NCBI GenBank assembly: GCA_016177845.1
Contig: JACOUO010000030.1
Coordinates: forward strand, 37,649 to 101,648
Direction of reading: 5' to 3'
From: Deltaproteobacteria bacterium
GTDB lineage: Bacteria > Desulfobacterota > GWC2-55-46
DNA length: 64,000 nucleotides
Shown here: piece by piece, positions 1 through 9,993 of the stretch
Position numbering within the stretch: the stretch's first letter is position 1
Layout: each line of letters begins with the position of its first letter
Notes under the pieces: generated by a model
The model's database searches: none
The model's input: only the letters and a program-made list of their open reading frames with translations
Told to the model about the DNA's origin: nothing
Translations under genes and position numbers: made by a program

Positions 1-647
1 ATAGCTGTTTTATTCGCTACATCGCCGATTATGTTCATTACCTCTGAAACATTCGGGGCCGGGCGCCTTTTATCAATAATGGCAAGGTTTGCCCCAAGCC
101 TCTTGGCAAATGCCCTCGCCCTTTCAACACCGCCCGCGTCAGGCGAAACGATGACGATATCGTCAACAAAATTCTCTTTGATATAATTTAAAATCACAGG
201 GGTCGCGTAAAGATGGTCAACAGGGATATTGAAGAAACCCTGTATCTGGCCTGCGTGAAGGTCAACGCAAACGACCCTTGTTGCCCCTGCTGTGGTTATA
301 AGGTCCGCTACAAGCTTTGCTGATATTGGAGTCCTCGGAGCCACTTTTCTGTCCTGCCTTGCATACCCGTAATACGGCAGCACAGCGGTAATCGACACGG
401 CTGAAGCCCTCTTGAAGGCATCCAGCATTATCAGGAGCTCCATCAGGTTATTGTTGCATGGAGGGCAGGTGGATTGGACTACATATACTTCTACACCCCT
501 TACGCTCTCCTGTATATCAACGTATACTTCTCCGTCGCTGAAACTCTTTACTTCCGATTTTCCGAGGGTAATCCCAAGGTGTTCGCAGATCTCAAGCGCG
601 AGCGGCTTATTGGAATTTCCGGTAAAGACCTTAATCTTGTCCATCAT
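1..647 (-). CDS. prs: Ribose-phosphate pyrophosphokinase, 3' part outside window
   Basis: Manual minus-strand translation from ATG at 647 (or 644): [13 protein letters not shown]...[11 protein letters not shown]...[11 protein letters not shown]...[11 protein letters not shown]...DKRRP, the PRPP synthetase motifs; usual ispE-tRNA(Gln)-prs order. Confidence 0.95.
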   Translation of the reverse strand, partial: MMDKIKVFTGNSNKPLALEICEHLGITLGKSEVKSFSDGEVYVDIQESVRGVEVYVVQSTCPPCNNNLMELLIMLDAFKRASAVSITAVLPYYGYARQDRKVAPRTPISAKLVADLITTAGATRVVCVDLHAGQIQGFFNIPVDHLYATPVILNYIKENFVDDIVIVSPDAGGVERARAFAKRLGANLAIIDKRRPAPNVSEVMNIIGDVANKTA

Positions 648-708
648 CTTAACCTTCTTCTTAAAAGTCGTTGTCGTTTCAGCTTCTATAGGTTCTATAT
701 AAATTTAC

Positions 709-783
709 TGGCTGGGGCGGGAGGATTCGAACCTCCGGGTGCGGGGATCAAAACCCCGTGCCTTACCGCTTGGCGACGCCCCA
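709..783 (-). tRNA. tRNA-Gln(UUG), CCA encoded
   Basis: Reverse complement TGGGGCGTCGCCAAGCGGTAAGGCACGGGGTTTTGATCCCCGCACCCGGAGGTTCGAATCCTCCCGCCCCAGCCA folds as a cloverleaf; anticodon TTG; GTTCGAATC T-loop; U1-A72 pair. Confidence 0.96.
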
Positions 784-835
784 AAATAAGCTTGAGACGC
801 TCAGTTAAAGCTTTGTGCTTGCGCCCATTGCCCTT

Positions 836-1720
836 CTAAAGCCCCTGCACCTTGAACAATGAGTAATTCTTCTTTAACGACCGACGCAGGTTCTCATATG
901 CGAGCCCCGCGCTCTGTTCATCGGGAAATACGCCGAAAACCGTAGGGCCGCTGCCTGACATTAGGGCGCCCATGGCCCCGTTTTCCATCAATAAACTTTT
1001 TATCTCTGATATCTCAGTAAACCTGGCAACAGTTACAGATTCCAGATCATTGACCAGGTATTCCCTTATTTTCCCGTATTCCGCAAAATCCTTTTCGGAA
1101 TATGATAGATTATTATCTTCTGCTTTTTTTGTCAAGTCCAAATTATTGTATACCCAGGCAGTAGAAACATGGAAACCTGGATTAATTAAAATGTAATTGA
1201 ATTTGGGGATTTTTACTGACTGCAGAACCTCTCCCCTGCCCTTTGCAAGCGCGGACCCCTTTAATATAAAAAAGGGCACATCGCTTCCTAACTTAGCGCC
1301 CATCTCCATCAACTCGTTCCTGGGAATACGGGCGTCCAGCATTCCATTTAAAGCCATCAAGGTCGTAGCCGCATCAGAGCTTCCGCCGCCTAACCCGGCG
1401 CCTACTGGAATTTTTTTGTTTATATCGATTGATACGGCCCTTTTTAAGCCTATCCTGCCAAGGACAAACTCAGCCGCCCTGTAGGCAATATTATCCCTGC
1501 CTTCAGGCACTTCACAGTGTCCGCAGGCAACCTTTATCGAGTCGCCATCGCTTATACTGAACGCAATCTCGTCATAAAGGGAGATTGGCTGCATTACTGA
1601 GAGCAGCTCATGGTAATTGTCAGCCCTTTTAAAGAGAATCCTTAAAAAAAGGTTTACCTTAGCCGGAGAATGAAATATCCTCCGGATTTCTTGTATGGAA
1701 TTTTTCAGGTTATGGTCCAT
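836..1720 (-). CDS. ispE: 4-diphosphocytidyl-2-C-methyl-D-erythritol kinase
   Basis: SPAKVNLFL start, KKIPVGAGLGGGSSDAA GHMP motif, MSGSGPTVFG. Confidence 0.95.
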   Translation of the reverse strand: MDHNLKNSIQEIRRIFHSPAKVNLFLRILFKRADNYHELLSVMQPISLYDEIAFSISDGDSIKVACGHCEVPEGRDNIAYRAAEFVLGRIGLKRAVSIDINKKIPVGAGLGGGSSDAATTLMALNGMLDARIPRNELMEMGAKLGSDVPFFILKGSALAKGRGEVLQSVKIPKFNYILINPGFHVSTAWVYNNLDLTKKAEDNNLSYSEKDFAEYGKIREYLVNDLESVTVARFTEISEIKSLLMENGAMGALMSGSGPTVFGVFPDEQSAGLAYENLRRSLKKNYSLFKVQGL

Positions 1721-1767
1721 GCTCAGTGTGGAAAGGGGCTTTTAAATGCAGAAATACAGATAGATGC

Positions 1768-2028
1768 TCAGAAATGCCCGGTCTTATGGGGAGCCTTTTT
1801 ACAGACCTGATTGAGCTCTTCCAGAAGTATATATTCGTGGTAATCGTGCATAGCGGCAAGAAATTCAATAGCCTCGGTCTTAAGGCCGGGAACTTTAAAT
1901 ACATTCTCGCCTAAATGCTTTTTGAAGACCGCTTCAGCCTGAGGGCACACATGAAGCACATCTTCTACAATCATCTTTCCGGTGATTACGCCTTCTTCGT
2001 GGTGATGGTGCGAGCTATGACCTGCCAT
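1768..2028 (-). CDS. Small DUF1858-like protein with His-rich N-terminus
   Basis: ITGKMIVEDVLHVCPQAEAVF...LLEELN resembles the DUF1858 pattern; N-terminus HSSHHHHEE; 24 bp downstream of nuoN. Confidence 0.55.
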   Translation of the reverse strand: MAGHSSHHHHEEGVITGKMIVEDVLHVCPQAEAVFKKHLGENVFKVPGLKTEAIEFLAAMHDYHEYILLEELNQVCKKAPHKTGHF

Positions 2029-2052
2029 AATTATCTCTTCTGTTATAAGTTT

Positions 2053-3474
2053 TTAAAACAGCACCTTCGCAATATCCATTACCCAATCGGTGACTGGGCC
2101 AGGATACATGCCAAGGAATATGGTTGCAAAGTTAACGACATAAAGCACCGCACGGCTTGTAAAATCAACGTGGATAGGCGCGGTATTATGGGGAGGCCTG
2201 AGATATATGCTCTTTACGACAAGGAGGAAGTAGTACATGGACACAATCGCCATTACTACGCCGATTACCGCAAGGACCCAGAGGCCTTCCTTTACTGCCG
2301 CGGCAAATATGTAGAGTTTCGCTATAAAGCCTCCAAGCGGAGGAAAACCGGCCACGGAAAGAAGACCTACGAACAATGAGAATGCAAGAAGCGGTGAACG
2401 CCTGCTTAAGCCTGCATATGAGTCAATCAGGTCCGAACCTTCAGAATTATGGAATATTACGATAGCCAGGAAGCTGCCGAGGATACCGAATATGTATGTC
2501 AGCATGTAGAACATGATCGCGCCTGCGCCGAGTGTTGACCCTGCGGCAACTGCCATAAGCAAGTAGCCTGCTGAGCCGATACCCGCATAAGCGATAAGTC
2601 TCTTAAGGTCTTTCTGGGGCATCGCAGCCAGATTACCGAAAATGAGGGTAGCGCCTGAGATTACCGCTACAAATACCATCCACTCAGCCTTTATTCCTCC
2701 AAGGGCTGTAAAGAGTATGCGCATAATCACGACAAAACCGGCTCCCTTTGAGGCAGCGGCAAGAAGCGCTGTCACAGGGGTCGGCGCGCCCTGATAGACA
2801 TCAGGCGACCATACATGGAAAGGGATTGAAGATATCTTAAATGTAAGGCCGATTATCGCAAGAGAAAGCCCGAGTACAAGGAAGCCTGAGCCCGGTGCGG
2901 TCTTAAGGGCTGTGGCTACAGCACTAAAGCCGGTTGCGCCGGTTGAGCCATATATGAAGCTTATACCATATACAAGGAAGCCTGAGGCAAGTGCGCCCGT
3001 TATCAGGTATTTCAATCCGGCTTCAATTGTATTTCTGTTCTCGCTTGTAAACGCCGCAAGAACATAGAGGCATACAGCTACGAACTCAAGAGACACATAG
3101 AAGCTTATGAAGTCAGAGCTTGAGGCAAGCAGCATCATGCCTGCTATTGAGAAAAGAATCAACGAGTAAAACTCGCCTTTCCAGTGCTTGATCTTGTCCT
3201 CATACATCATTGTTATATAAAGGACAAGGACAGCGCACAGGACAAAGAGGGCCTTAAAATAAATCGCGACCTGGTCCTGTATAAAAAGCCCGCCAAGCGC
3301 GCTTCCGGTCTCCTGATAGAGGAGGCTTATTCCTGTGGCTATAGCTCCCAGAATACCTATAACCCCGAAAAACTTTCTTGAACCCCTTGCGATAAAAAGC
3401 TCTATTACAAGGAGGAGAAAAGCCGTTCCGAGCATTATGAATTCAGGGACTACTTTTATAAGATTCATTTCCAT
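2053..3474 (-). CDS. nuoN: NADH-quinone oxidoreductase subunit N
   Basis: Antiporter-like subunit: EAGLKYLI, FKISSIPFHVWSPDVYQGAPTPV, GFPPLGGFIAK; position in operon. Confidence 0.95.
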   Translation of the reverse strand: MEMNLIKVVPEFIMLGTAFLLLVIELFIARGSRKFFGVIGILGAIATGISLLYQETGSALGGLFIQDQVAIYFKALFVLCAVLVLYITMMYEDKIKHWKGEFYSLILFSIAGMMLLASSSDFISFYVSLEFVAVCLYVLAAFTSENRNTIEAGLKYLITGALASGFLVYGISFIYGSTGATGFSAVATALKTAPGSGFLVLGLSLAIIGLTFKISSIPFHVWSPDVYQGAPTPVTALLAAASKGAGFVVIMRILFTALGGIKAEWMVFVAVISGATLIFGNLAAMPQKDLKRLIAYAGIGSAGYLLMAVAAGSTLGAGAIMFYMLTYIFGILGSFLAIVIFHNSEGSDLIDSYAGLSRRSPLLAFSLFVGLLSVAGFPPLGGFIAKLYIFAAAVKEGLWVLAVIGVVMAIVSMYYFLLVVKSIYLRPPHNTAPIHVDFTSRAVLYVVNFATIFLGMYPGPVTDWVMDIAKVLF

Positions 3475-3536
3475 CTTGAAAGCCTCTCATTAATTACCGC
3501 GGTCTTTCACCGCGGTTCAGAAGATCTGTATTCCGA

Positions 3537-5030
3537 TTATCCGAGCGGTACCGCATTGACCCTGTCAACAAGCGGTACGACACCGGTATTGATGATATCA
3601 ACTATGATAGCTGGATAGAAACCGACTACAAGGAGAACCGCTATCAGTATCACAAACGGCATTCTTTCAACAAATGTTGTCGCGTCCTTGATATGGTCCC
3701 ATTTATCCTGCGGCTCGCGGAAGAAGACATCCCTTAAGCACCTGAGCATGTATGTGGCGGTGACAATGATACCGAACACGGCGACAATGGCCTGAATGGG
3801 ATAGTCCTTGAATGCGCCGATAAAGACCATAAGCTCGGCAACGAAGTTTGCAAGGCCCGGCAAACCGCTTGAGGCAAATCCCATTATCGCGAATGCTATT
3901 GATACGAACGGAAGCTTTTTCGCAAGGCCTGAGAAGTCATACATCATACGGGTATGCGCCTGGTCGTAGATGAAGCCTATCAAGGAGAAGGCCAGGGCTG
4001 TCATTATACCGTGTGCGAACATAAGGAGCACCGCTCCGTTTACGCCTATATAATTAACCGTTGCCAAACCAAGCAGGACATAGCCCATATGGCTTGAAGA
4101 AGAATAGCCTATCATGAACTTCATATCCTTCCTGCTCATGGCAACCATGCCGCCGTAAAATATGTTTATCAAGCTTAATACCGCTACCCAGGGCATCCAG
4201 AACTGCGCGCCCTGCGGAAGAAGCCACATAGCCCTGATGATACCGTACGCGCCAAGCTTCATCAGAACGCCCGCATGAAGCATACTGACGGCTGAAGGTG
4301 CGGCAGCATGACCAATCGGCGACCAAGAGTGGAAAGGCGCAAGTGGCACAAGCACCCCGAAGCCGAAGAGCAGCGGCAGGAAAACCTTAATCTGATAGCT
4401 GCCGTCAAATGAGAGCTTTGCTATCTCAAGCATGTCAAAGGTATACACTCCCGTCTGCGCGCCTGAGACAAAGTATATTGAAAGGAGGCCAAGAAGGGCA
4501 AAGAGCGCGCCGAAGCTTAAGTAAAGAGTAAGCTTCATGGTAGCGTATTCCCTGTTGGCGCTGCCCCAGATACCGATAAGAGGATACATCGGGATAACAG
4601 CGAGTTCGTAGAAGAGGAAGAAGCATATCAGGTCAAGTGATTCGAAAACGCCAAACACGCCTGCGACAAGCAGAAGAAGGAATATATAATGCTCTTTGAT
4701 CCTGTGCTTCACGCCTACCCATGATACGAAGACACCGGTAAAGATGACTATCGAGGTGAGCACGACCATGGCTACGCTTATGCCGTCAACCCCAAGATGG
4801 TATGACACTCCAAGGGATTTGATCCATTCGACCTTTTCTATGAACTGGTAGCCGCCTTTTACCTTATCGTAAGCCCACAGGAGGTAGAAAGATAATATCA
4901 GGCAAATCGATGTAGAAACAACCGAGATGGCCCTTATTAGCCCAATCCTCTCCTCTTTTACAAAGAGAAGGATTATAACCGCGATAAGTGGCGAAAGTAT
5001 TAATGCTGATAATACCGGAAAACCTTCCAC
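3537..5030 (-). CDS. nuoM: NADH-quinone oxidoreductase subunit M
   Basis: LGVDGISV, FFLFYEL, PFHSWSPIGHAAAP, LMKLGAYG, GLPGLANFVAE. Confidence 0.95.
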   Translation of the reverse strand: MEGFPVLSALILSPLIAVIILLFVKEERIGLIRAISVVSTSICLILSFYLLWAYDKVKGGYQFIEKVEWIKSLGVSYHLGVDGISVAMVVLTSIVIFTGVFVSWVGVKHRIKEHYIFLLLLVAGVFGVFESLDLICFFLFYELAVIPMYPLIGIWGSANREYATMKLTLYLSFGALFALLGLLSIYFVSGAQTGVYTFDMLEIAKLSFDGSYQIKVFLPLLFGFGVLVPLAPFHSWSPIGHAAAPSAVSMLHAGVLMKLGAYGIIRAMWLLPQGAQFWMPWVAVLSLINIFYGGMVAMSRKDMKFMIGYSSSSHMGYVLLGLATVNYIGVNGAVLLMFAHGIMTALAFSLIGFIYDQAHTRMMYDFSGLAKKLPFVSIAFAIMGFASSGLPGLANFVAELMVFIGAFKDYPIQAIVAVFGIIVTATYMLRCLRDVFFREPQDKWDHIKDATTFVERMPFVILIAVLLVVGFYPAIIVDIINTGVVPLVDRVNAVPLG

Positions 5031-5042
5031 GATAACCTCTTT

Positions 5043-6896
5043 TTAGAATATTACGAATATAATCATCAGGACAAAGACCCCGCCCACCATTACAAGCGTG
5101 TAGTGCTGGAGCTGGCCTGAGATTGTCAGCCTTAAGCCTCTTCCAATCTGCCTGGTGATGTATGCAATGCCGTTGAGAATAAAGTTGATGATTATATATA
5201 CCTCGATAAAGTTTGAGATCTTTGCTATCCCGTTATAAATCTTCTTTACAAGGTAGTTGTCGTATACGTAATCGAAGTAGAACCTGTTCTCAAGGACCCT
5301 GAAAACCTTGGGAAACTTTACTGCAAGTATATCCTCATGCATATCCTTCTTCGAATACAAGGCATAGCCGATGATGATACCCAAAAATACTGCCGCTGTT
5401 GATATTGTCGCTACCGCATAATTGAAGTGGTGCTCGCCTCCGTGACCGTGGCCGCCTCCGATAAAGGTGCCGAAGTTCGGCTCTAATCCCGGAAGTCCGG
5501 CAAGACCGGCAAACACAGCGAATACTGAAAGTACCATAAGGGGAATGGTCATTACGCCCGGCGATTCGTGCGGGTGTCCGTGATATCTCTTCTCCCCAAA
5601 GAATGTTACAAGTAAAAGCTTTGTCATGAACAATGCTGTAATGAAAGCCGTGAACACGCCAAGCCCAAAGAGGAACGTGTCAGCATTATAAGCGGCTGAG
5701 AGTATCTCGTCTTTTGACCAGAATCCGCTGAACGGGAAGATACCCATCATCGCGAAACTGCCCAGCAGGAAGGTTACGGCCGTGACCTTCATCTTGGGGA
5801 AGAGCTTGCCCATGTGCCAGATCTCATTTGTGTGGCAGGCATGGATGACGCTGCCCGCGCCAAGGAAGAGAAGGGCTTTGAAGAACGCATGGGTCGTAAG
5901 GTAGAACATACCGGCGCTTGTGCCGCCGACACCAACGCTCATTACCATGTAGCCGAGTGAGCTGAGTGTTGAATAAGCGATGATTCGTTTTATATCAGAC
6001 TGGCCAAGGGCCAAAAGAGCTGCCATAAGTGCCGTGAAACCACCTATATAGGCGATTGTCATCATTGCGAAGTGCGGTGCCGCGCTGTAGAGGAATGAGG
6101 CCCTCGCGAGCATATAAACACCGGCTGCGACCATTGTAGCGGCATGGATCAACGCTGAAACAGGGGTCGGGCCTTCCATGGCGTCCGGCAGCCATACATG
6201 AAGAGGGAACTGGGCTGACTTACCAACCGCTCCGCAGAATATAAGGAGAGCCGCCAGTCCAAGTGTCGCTGAATCGACTTTGCCGGCCGCTATTATATGG
6301 CCAAGCTCAATGAAGTTGAATGTGCCTGTTGCGTAATAGAGCACAAAGATACCGAGTATGAATCCGAAGTCGCCAACCCTGTTCACAAGGAACGCCTTTT
6401 TGGCGGCATCTGCAGCAGAGGCCTTCTCAAAGTAGAAGCCGATAAGCAGATATGAAGCCAGACCGACAAGCTCCCAGAATACAAAGATCATTATGAAGTT
6501 ATTCGAGAGCACGATGCCCAGCATCGAGAATATAAAGAGGGACAGGCAGGCAAAGAACCTGGAGAAACCGTGTTCTCCGTGCATGTAGCCCCTTGAGTAT
6601 ATATGTATGAGTGAGCCGACGAAGGTTACTATAAAGAGCATTATTATGCTGAGCGGGTCTATAATGGTGCCCATCTCAATAGTCAGACCCTTGACTTGAA
6701 GCCAGGTGAATGACTGCTCTAAGGCCTCCATATGCGGATTGCCGAGCATCTTCAAAAGATACGGGAATACGATAAAGAAGCAAAGTACTATTGCTCCAAT
6801 TGAAATAAAGGAGCTTAAGTCCTCATTCTTCCTGGTTACCAGCGTTATTAAAAGCGCTGCGGCTAGGGGTATTATTAATAAGGCCCAGATATCCAT
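5043..6896 (-). CDS. nuoL: NADH-quinone oxidoreductase subunit L
   Basis: GKSAQFPLHVWLPDAMEGPTPVSALIHAATMV; HAFFKALLFLGAGSVIH. Confidence 0.97.
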   Translation of the reverse strand: MDIWALLIIPLAAALLITLVTRKNEDLSSFISIGAIVLCFFIVFPYLLKMLGNPHMEALEQSFTWLQVKGLTIEMGTIIDPLSIIMLFIVTFVGSLIHIYSRGYMHGEHGFSRFFACLSLFIFSMLGIVLSNNFIMIFVFWELVGLASYLLIGFYFEKASAADAAKKAFLVNRVGDFGFILGIFVLYYATGTFNFIELGHIIAAGKVDSATLGLAALLIFCGAVGKSAQFPLHVWLPDAMEGPTPVSALIHAATMVAAGVYMLARASFLYSAAPHFAMMTIAYIGGFTALMAALLALGQSDIKRIIAYSTLSSLGYMVMSVGVGGTSAGMFYLTTHAFFKALLFLGAGSVIHACHTNEIWHMGKLFPKMKVTAVTFLLGSFAMMGIFPFSGFWSKDEILSAAYNADTFLFGLGVFTAFITALFMTKLLLVTFFGEKRYHGHPHESPGVMTIPLMVLSVFAVFAGLAGLPGLEPNFGTFIGGGHGHGGEHHFNYAVATISTAAVFLGIIIGYALYSKKDMHEDILAVKFPKVFRVLENRFYFDYVYDNYLVKKIYNGIAKISNFIEVYIIINFILNGIAYITRQIGRGLRLTISGQLQHYTLVMVGGVFVLMIIFVIF

Positions 6897-7198
6897 TAAT
6901 ACCTCATATCATTGAGTTCTTCGACATTTATGGACTTTCTGCTCCTGTAGACATTTACCAGGATGGCGAGTCCAATCGCCACTTCCGCCGCCGCAACCGT
7001 TATATTAAAGACGACAAGCACGGTGCCGTTAAGCGTTTGCAGATAGTATGAAAAAGCAGCCAAGCTTATGTTAACCGAGTTGAAAATCAACTCAAGCGAC
7101 ATCAATACTATAATGATGCTCCTGCGAAGCAATACTCCCGCAACACCTATTGAGAAGAGTATGAAGCTTAGTATAAGAAAGTGTGTTAAAGTGACCAT
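6896..7198 (-). CDS. nuoK: NADH-quinone oxidoreductase subunit K
   Basis: MSLELIFNSVN, TVAAAEVAIGLA; 100 aa with three TM segments. Confidence 0.95.
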   Translation of the reverse strand: MVTLTHFLILSFILFSIGVAGVLLRRSIIIVLMSLELIFNSVNISLAAFSYYLQTLNGTVLVVFNITVAAAEVAIGLAILVNVYRSRKSINVEELNDMRY

Positions 7199-7223
7199 TT
7201 TTATCTCTTATGCCCTTTTTATT

Positions 7224-7739
7224 TTAGGCCTGCTTGCCTTTTTTCTCTTTCAATACAAGGACGATAGCCCCGACAAGCGCAATAAGGAGCAGGAGCGAAA
7301 CTACTTCAAACGGGAATATATACTGTGTAAAGAGCGATTTTCCTATAACTTCTGTGTTCTTTGAAAGAGCCTCTTCAGTGAACTTTCCAAGCGGTACCGT
7401 TATCCTGCCCTGCGACACCAGATAACCCATTGTGGCAAAAAGCGCTATTACGGTTACGATTGCCGGGATCGCCTGTGTATGGAGATGTTCCTTGAACTGC
7501 TCCTTTCCAATGTCGAGCACCATGACCGCGAAAAGGAACAGGACCATTACGGCGCCGACATACACAAAAACCTGTACCGCCGCAAGGAATGGCGCCCTGA
7601 GAAGGATAAATATCGCCGCTACCTGCAAAAAGCAGACAATCAGGTAGAACGCGCTATGTACCGCATTCCTTACTGATACGACCATTACTGCCGAGATAAT
7701 GGCAAGTATGGAGAAAATGTAGAAAAATATTTGTTCCAT
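7224..7739 (-). CDS. nuoJ: NADH-quinone oxidoreductase subunit J
   Basis: NAVHSA, QVFVYVGAVMVLFLF, FPFEVVSLLLL. Confidence 0.95.
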   Translation of the reverse strand: MEQIFFYIFSILAIISAVMVVSVRNAVHSAFYLIVCFLQVAAIFILLRAPFLAAVQVFVYVGAVMVLFLFAVMVLDIGKEQFKEHLHTQAIPAIVTVIALFATMGYLVSQGRITVPLGKFTEEALSKNTEVIGKSLFTQYIFPFEVVSLLLLIALVGAIVLVLKEKKGKQA

Positions 7740-7792
7740 TTGAAATCAGGCGGGGTTTTATGCCCCCGTACTCCCTTGAGTTTTTGTTGTGC

Positions 7793-8371
7793 TTACCAGG
7801 CCCGCTTCTTTGAGTTCGACAGATCGGGCACAACCTTTATGCCTTCAGGCGTCTTCTCGAATTTCGCCTTTACTATAAATCCGCCTTCTATGCTTTCGGG
7901 CACTGACTGCGGCTTAAGGAGCTCTTCTCTCTCTTTTACAGTGCATTTTGAATCTGTACAGGCAAGCTCATATTCCCTGCCGAGCCTCAAAGCCCTTGTC
8001 GGACATGCATCTTCGCAATAACCGCAGAAAAAACATCTTACAAGGTCAACCTTCCAGACTTTAGCTACCCTGTCCGCTATACCCCTGCCTGTATCGTCTT
8101 CCATCGGAATGACTGTTATACAGCCGGTCGGGCAGGCCTTCGAACAAAGTTCGCAGGCAACGCAAAGCTCTTTGCCGCTTGCATCCCTGTTAAGGGTGTG
8201 CAGGCCTCTCCACCTTCTGTGGGGTATCCATTTCTCCTCGTCCGGGTACTTAAGAGTAATACTCTTGGAGAGATTGTAGCCGAGGGTTATGGTAAGTCCC
8301 TTCATGAAGTCCGTGAAGAGAACCCTTTTTATCATGTCCATCAAATTGAAGCTGTTTTTATTATCGCTCAT
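7793..8371 (-). CDS. nuoI: NADH-quinone oxidoreductase subunit I
   Basis: Two CxxCxxCxxxCP motifs (CVACELCSKACP, CFFCGYCEDACP). Start placed at ATG 8371, which overlaps the nuoH stop (ATGA), rather than at the track's 8431. Confidence 0.93.
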   Translation of the reverse strand: MSDNKNSFNLMDMIKRVLFTDFMKGLTITLGYNLSKSITLKYPDEEKWIPHRRWRGLHTLNRDASGKELCVACELCSKACPTGCITVIPMEDDTGRGIADRVAKVWKVDLVRCFFCGYCEDACPTRALRLGREYELACTDSKCTVKEREELLKPQSVPESIEGGFIVKAKFEKTPEGIKVVPDLSNSKKRAW

Positions 8372-9399
8372 ATCCGTAAAAGCCCTGTGATAAGGATGTT
8401 TACCAGTGAGATGGGTATCAACACCTTCCATCCTATTGTCATCAATTGGTCATATCTGTATCTGGGCAGCGTGAACCTTATCCACATGAAGAAGTAGATG
8501 AATGCCGCCACTTTAGCCACGAGCCAGAAAATAGGCGGTATTGGCAACGGGATGTTTAAAGGTGAATGCCAGCCGCCGAAGAAGAATATTACCGAGAGTA
8601 TTGAAACTGTTACCATCGCGATATACTCGGCGAGCATGAAGAAAGCGAATCTCATGCCGCTGTATTCGGTATGAAAGCCTGAGGCCAATGTACCTTCGTC
8701 CTCTGTCAAGTCGAACGGGATACGATTGATCTCGGCAAGTGAAGCTATGAAGAATATCATGAACCAGACCGGCCCGACAGGCAGGTAGAATATATTCCAG
8801 CTAAGTATTCCGTTGCCCTGGTCGTTTACTATGTCAACAAGGCTTAAGGAGTTCGCTATCATTACGACGCCGATTGCTGCGAAGCTTATCGCGATTTCGT
8901 AGCTGATCATCTGTGCGGATGAACGAAGACCGCCAAGGAGCGCGTATTTACTGTTTGAGGCCCAGCCGCCAAGTATCAAGCCGTAGATGCCAAGGCCTGA
9001 GATGGCAAGAATGTAAAGGACTCCGACATTCATATCCGATATGTAAAGCGTTACTTCCTTGTTGATGAACGGAATCATCAGCTTATCGCCGAACGGGACT
9101 GCGACAAAGACTGCGAAGGCAGGGACCATTGAAAGAAGCGGCGCAATCTTAAAGAGGAATTTATCAGCCTTATCCGGAATGATATCCTCTTTGAAAAGGA
9201 GCTTTATCATATCGGCAAAGGGCTGCAGCAAACCATGGGGGCCTACCCTCCACGGGCCAAGCCTTACCTGGATATGGCCTGCTATCTTCCTCTCAAGCCA
9301 TGTAAGAGGCAAGGGAAGACCGAAGAGGATCATGGTCACGACCCCTACCTTTACAAAAATCAATAGCACTTCTAATATAGTTGAAATATCTGGCATCAT
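8368..9399 (-). CDS. nuoH: NADH-quinone oxidoreductase subunit H
   Basis: WLERKIAGHIQVRLGP, GLLQPFADMIKL, RSSAQMISYE, PFDL.E...EYSGMRF. Confidence 0.97.
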   Translation of the reverse strand: MMPDISTILEVLLIFVKVGVVTMILFGLPLPLTWLERKIAGHIQVRLGPWRVGPHGLLQPFADMIKLLFKEDIIPDKADKFLFKIAPLLSMVPAFAVFVAVPFGDKLMIPFINKEVTLYISDMNVGVLYILAISGLGIYGLILGGWASNSKYALLGGLRSSAQMISYEIAISFAAIGVVMIANSLSLVDIVNDQGNGILSWNIFYLPVGPVWFMIFFIASLAEINRIPFDLTEDEGTLASGFHTEYSGMRFAFFMLAEYIAMVTVSILSVIFFFGGWHSPLNIPLPIPPIFWLVAKVAAFIYFFMWIRFTLPRYRYDQLMTIGWKVLIPISLVNILITGLLRI

Positions 9400-9448
9400 C
9401 AGGTTTTATCTTCTGTTTTATTGTTACTTCTGCTGCTTTTGGGGCGGA

Positions 9449-9925
9449 TTATCTTCTTCTGCCCCACATGTAGTTGATCATCTCGATATATCTTGAGTTC
9501 ATACCGCGTACTATCGAATGAATGGTGAAGACGATGTTCTTAAGAAGCTTGTAGATTATCCTCGGGTTTCCGTCAACAAGGGTCTCAAACTCAGCCTTAT
9601 CCATTACAAAAGTCTCGAGGTCAGATACCGCGACTATTGTTGCTGAACGGGGCCTTCCGTCAAGGAAGCTCATCTCGCCGAAAATATCTCCGTCCTTCAT
9701 TATTGTAAGGGTAAAGAGCTCTCCGTCAGGAGCGGTCTTGCAGGCCTTTACCTCGCCTTTTCTGATGATGTAGAGGGCTGCGCCGTCCTGTGATTCCTTG
9801 AATACGGTCTCGCCGAGGTTGAAATGCTTCTGCTTTACAACCTTTGATACAACTTCGAGCTCATTATCCGAAAGGTCAGCAAAAAACGGAATTTCTCTAA
9901 GTAACTTCGGATCGACCATGTTCAC
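9449..9925 (-). CDS. Stand-alone cyclic nucleotide-binding domain protein (no HTH)
   Basis: LYIIRKGEVK and FGEMSFLDGRPRSATIVA phosphate-binding cassette; 158 aa, ends after the C-helix. Start GTG 9925 or ATG 9919. Confidence 0.88.
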   Translation of the reverse strand: MNMVDPKLLREIPFFADLSDNELEVVSKVVKQKHFNLGETVFKESQDGAALYIIRKGEVKACKTAPDGELFTLTIMKDGDIFGEMSFLDGRPRSATIVAVSDLETFVMDKAEFETLVDGNPRIIYKLLKNIVFTIHSIVRGMNSRYIEMINYMWGRRR

Positions 9926-9993
9926 CCCACCTCTCTTTAAGGCAGATTAACTTCTAATCTATTTATATTTGCTTTATGTCTTATATATGAAGA

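Noticed and set aside
709-783. tRNA-Gln U1-A72 pair together with gatCAB in the same window
   Set aside because: Consistent with the ordinary indirect Gln-tRNA pathway; not novel.
3498-3518. ACCGCGGT-CTTTC-ACCGCGGT hairpin between nuoM and nuoN
   Set aside because: Short, with no U-tract; at most an mRNA stability element and plausibly chance.
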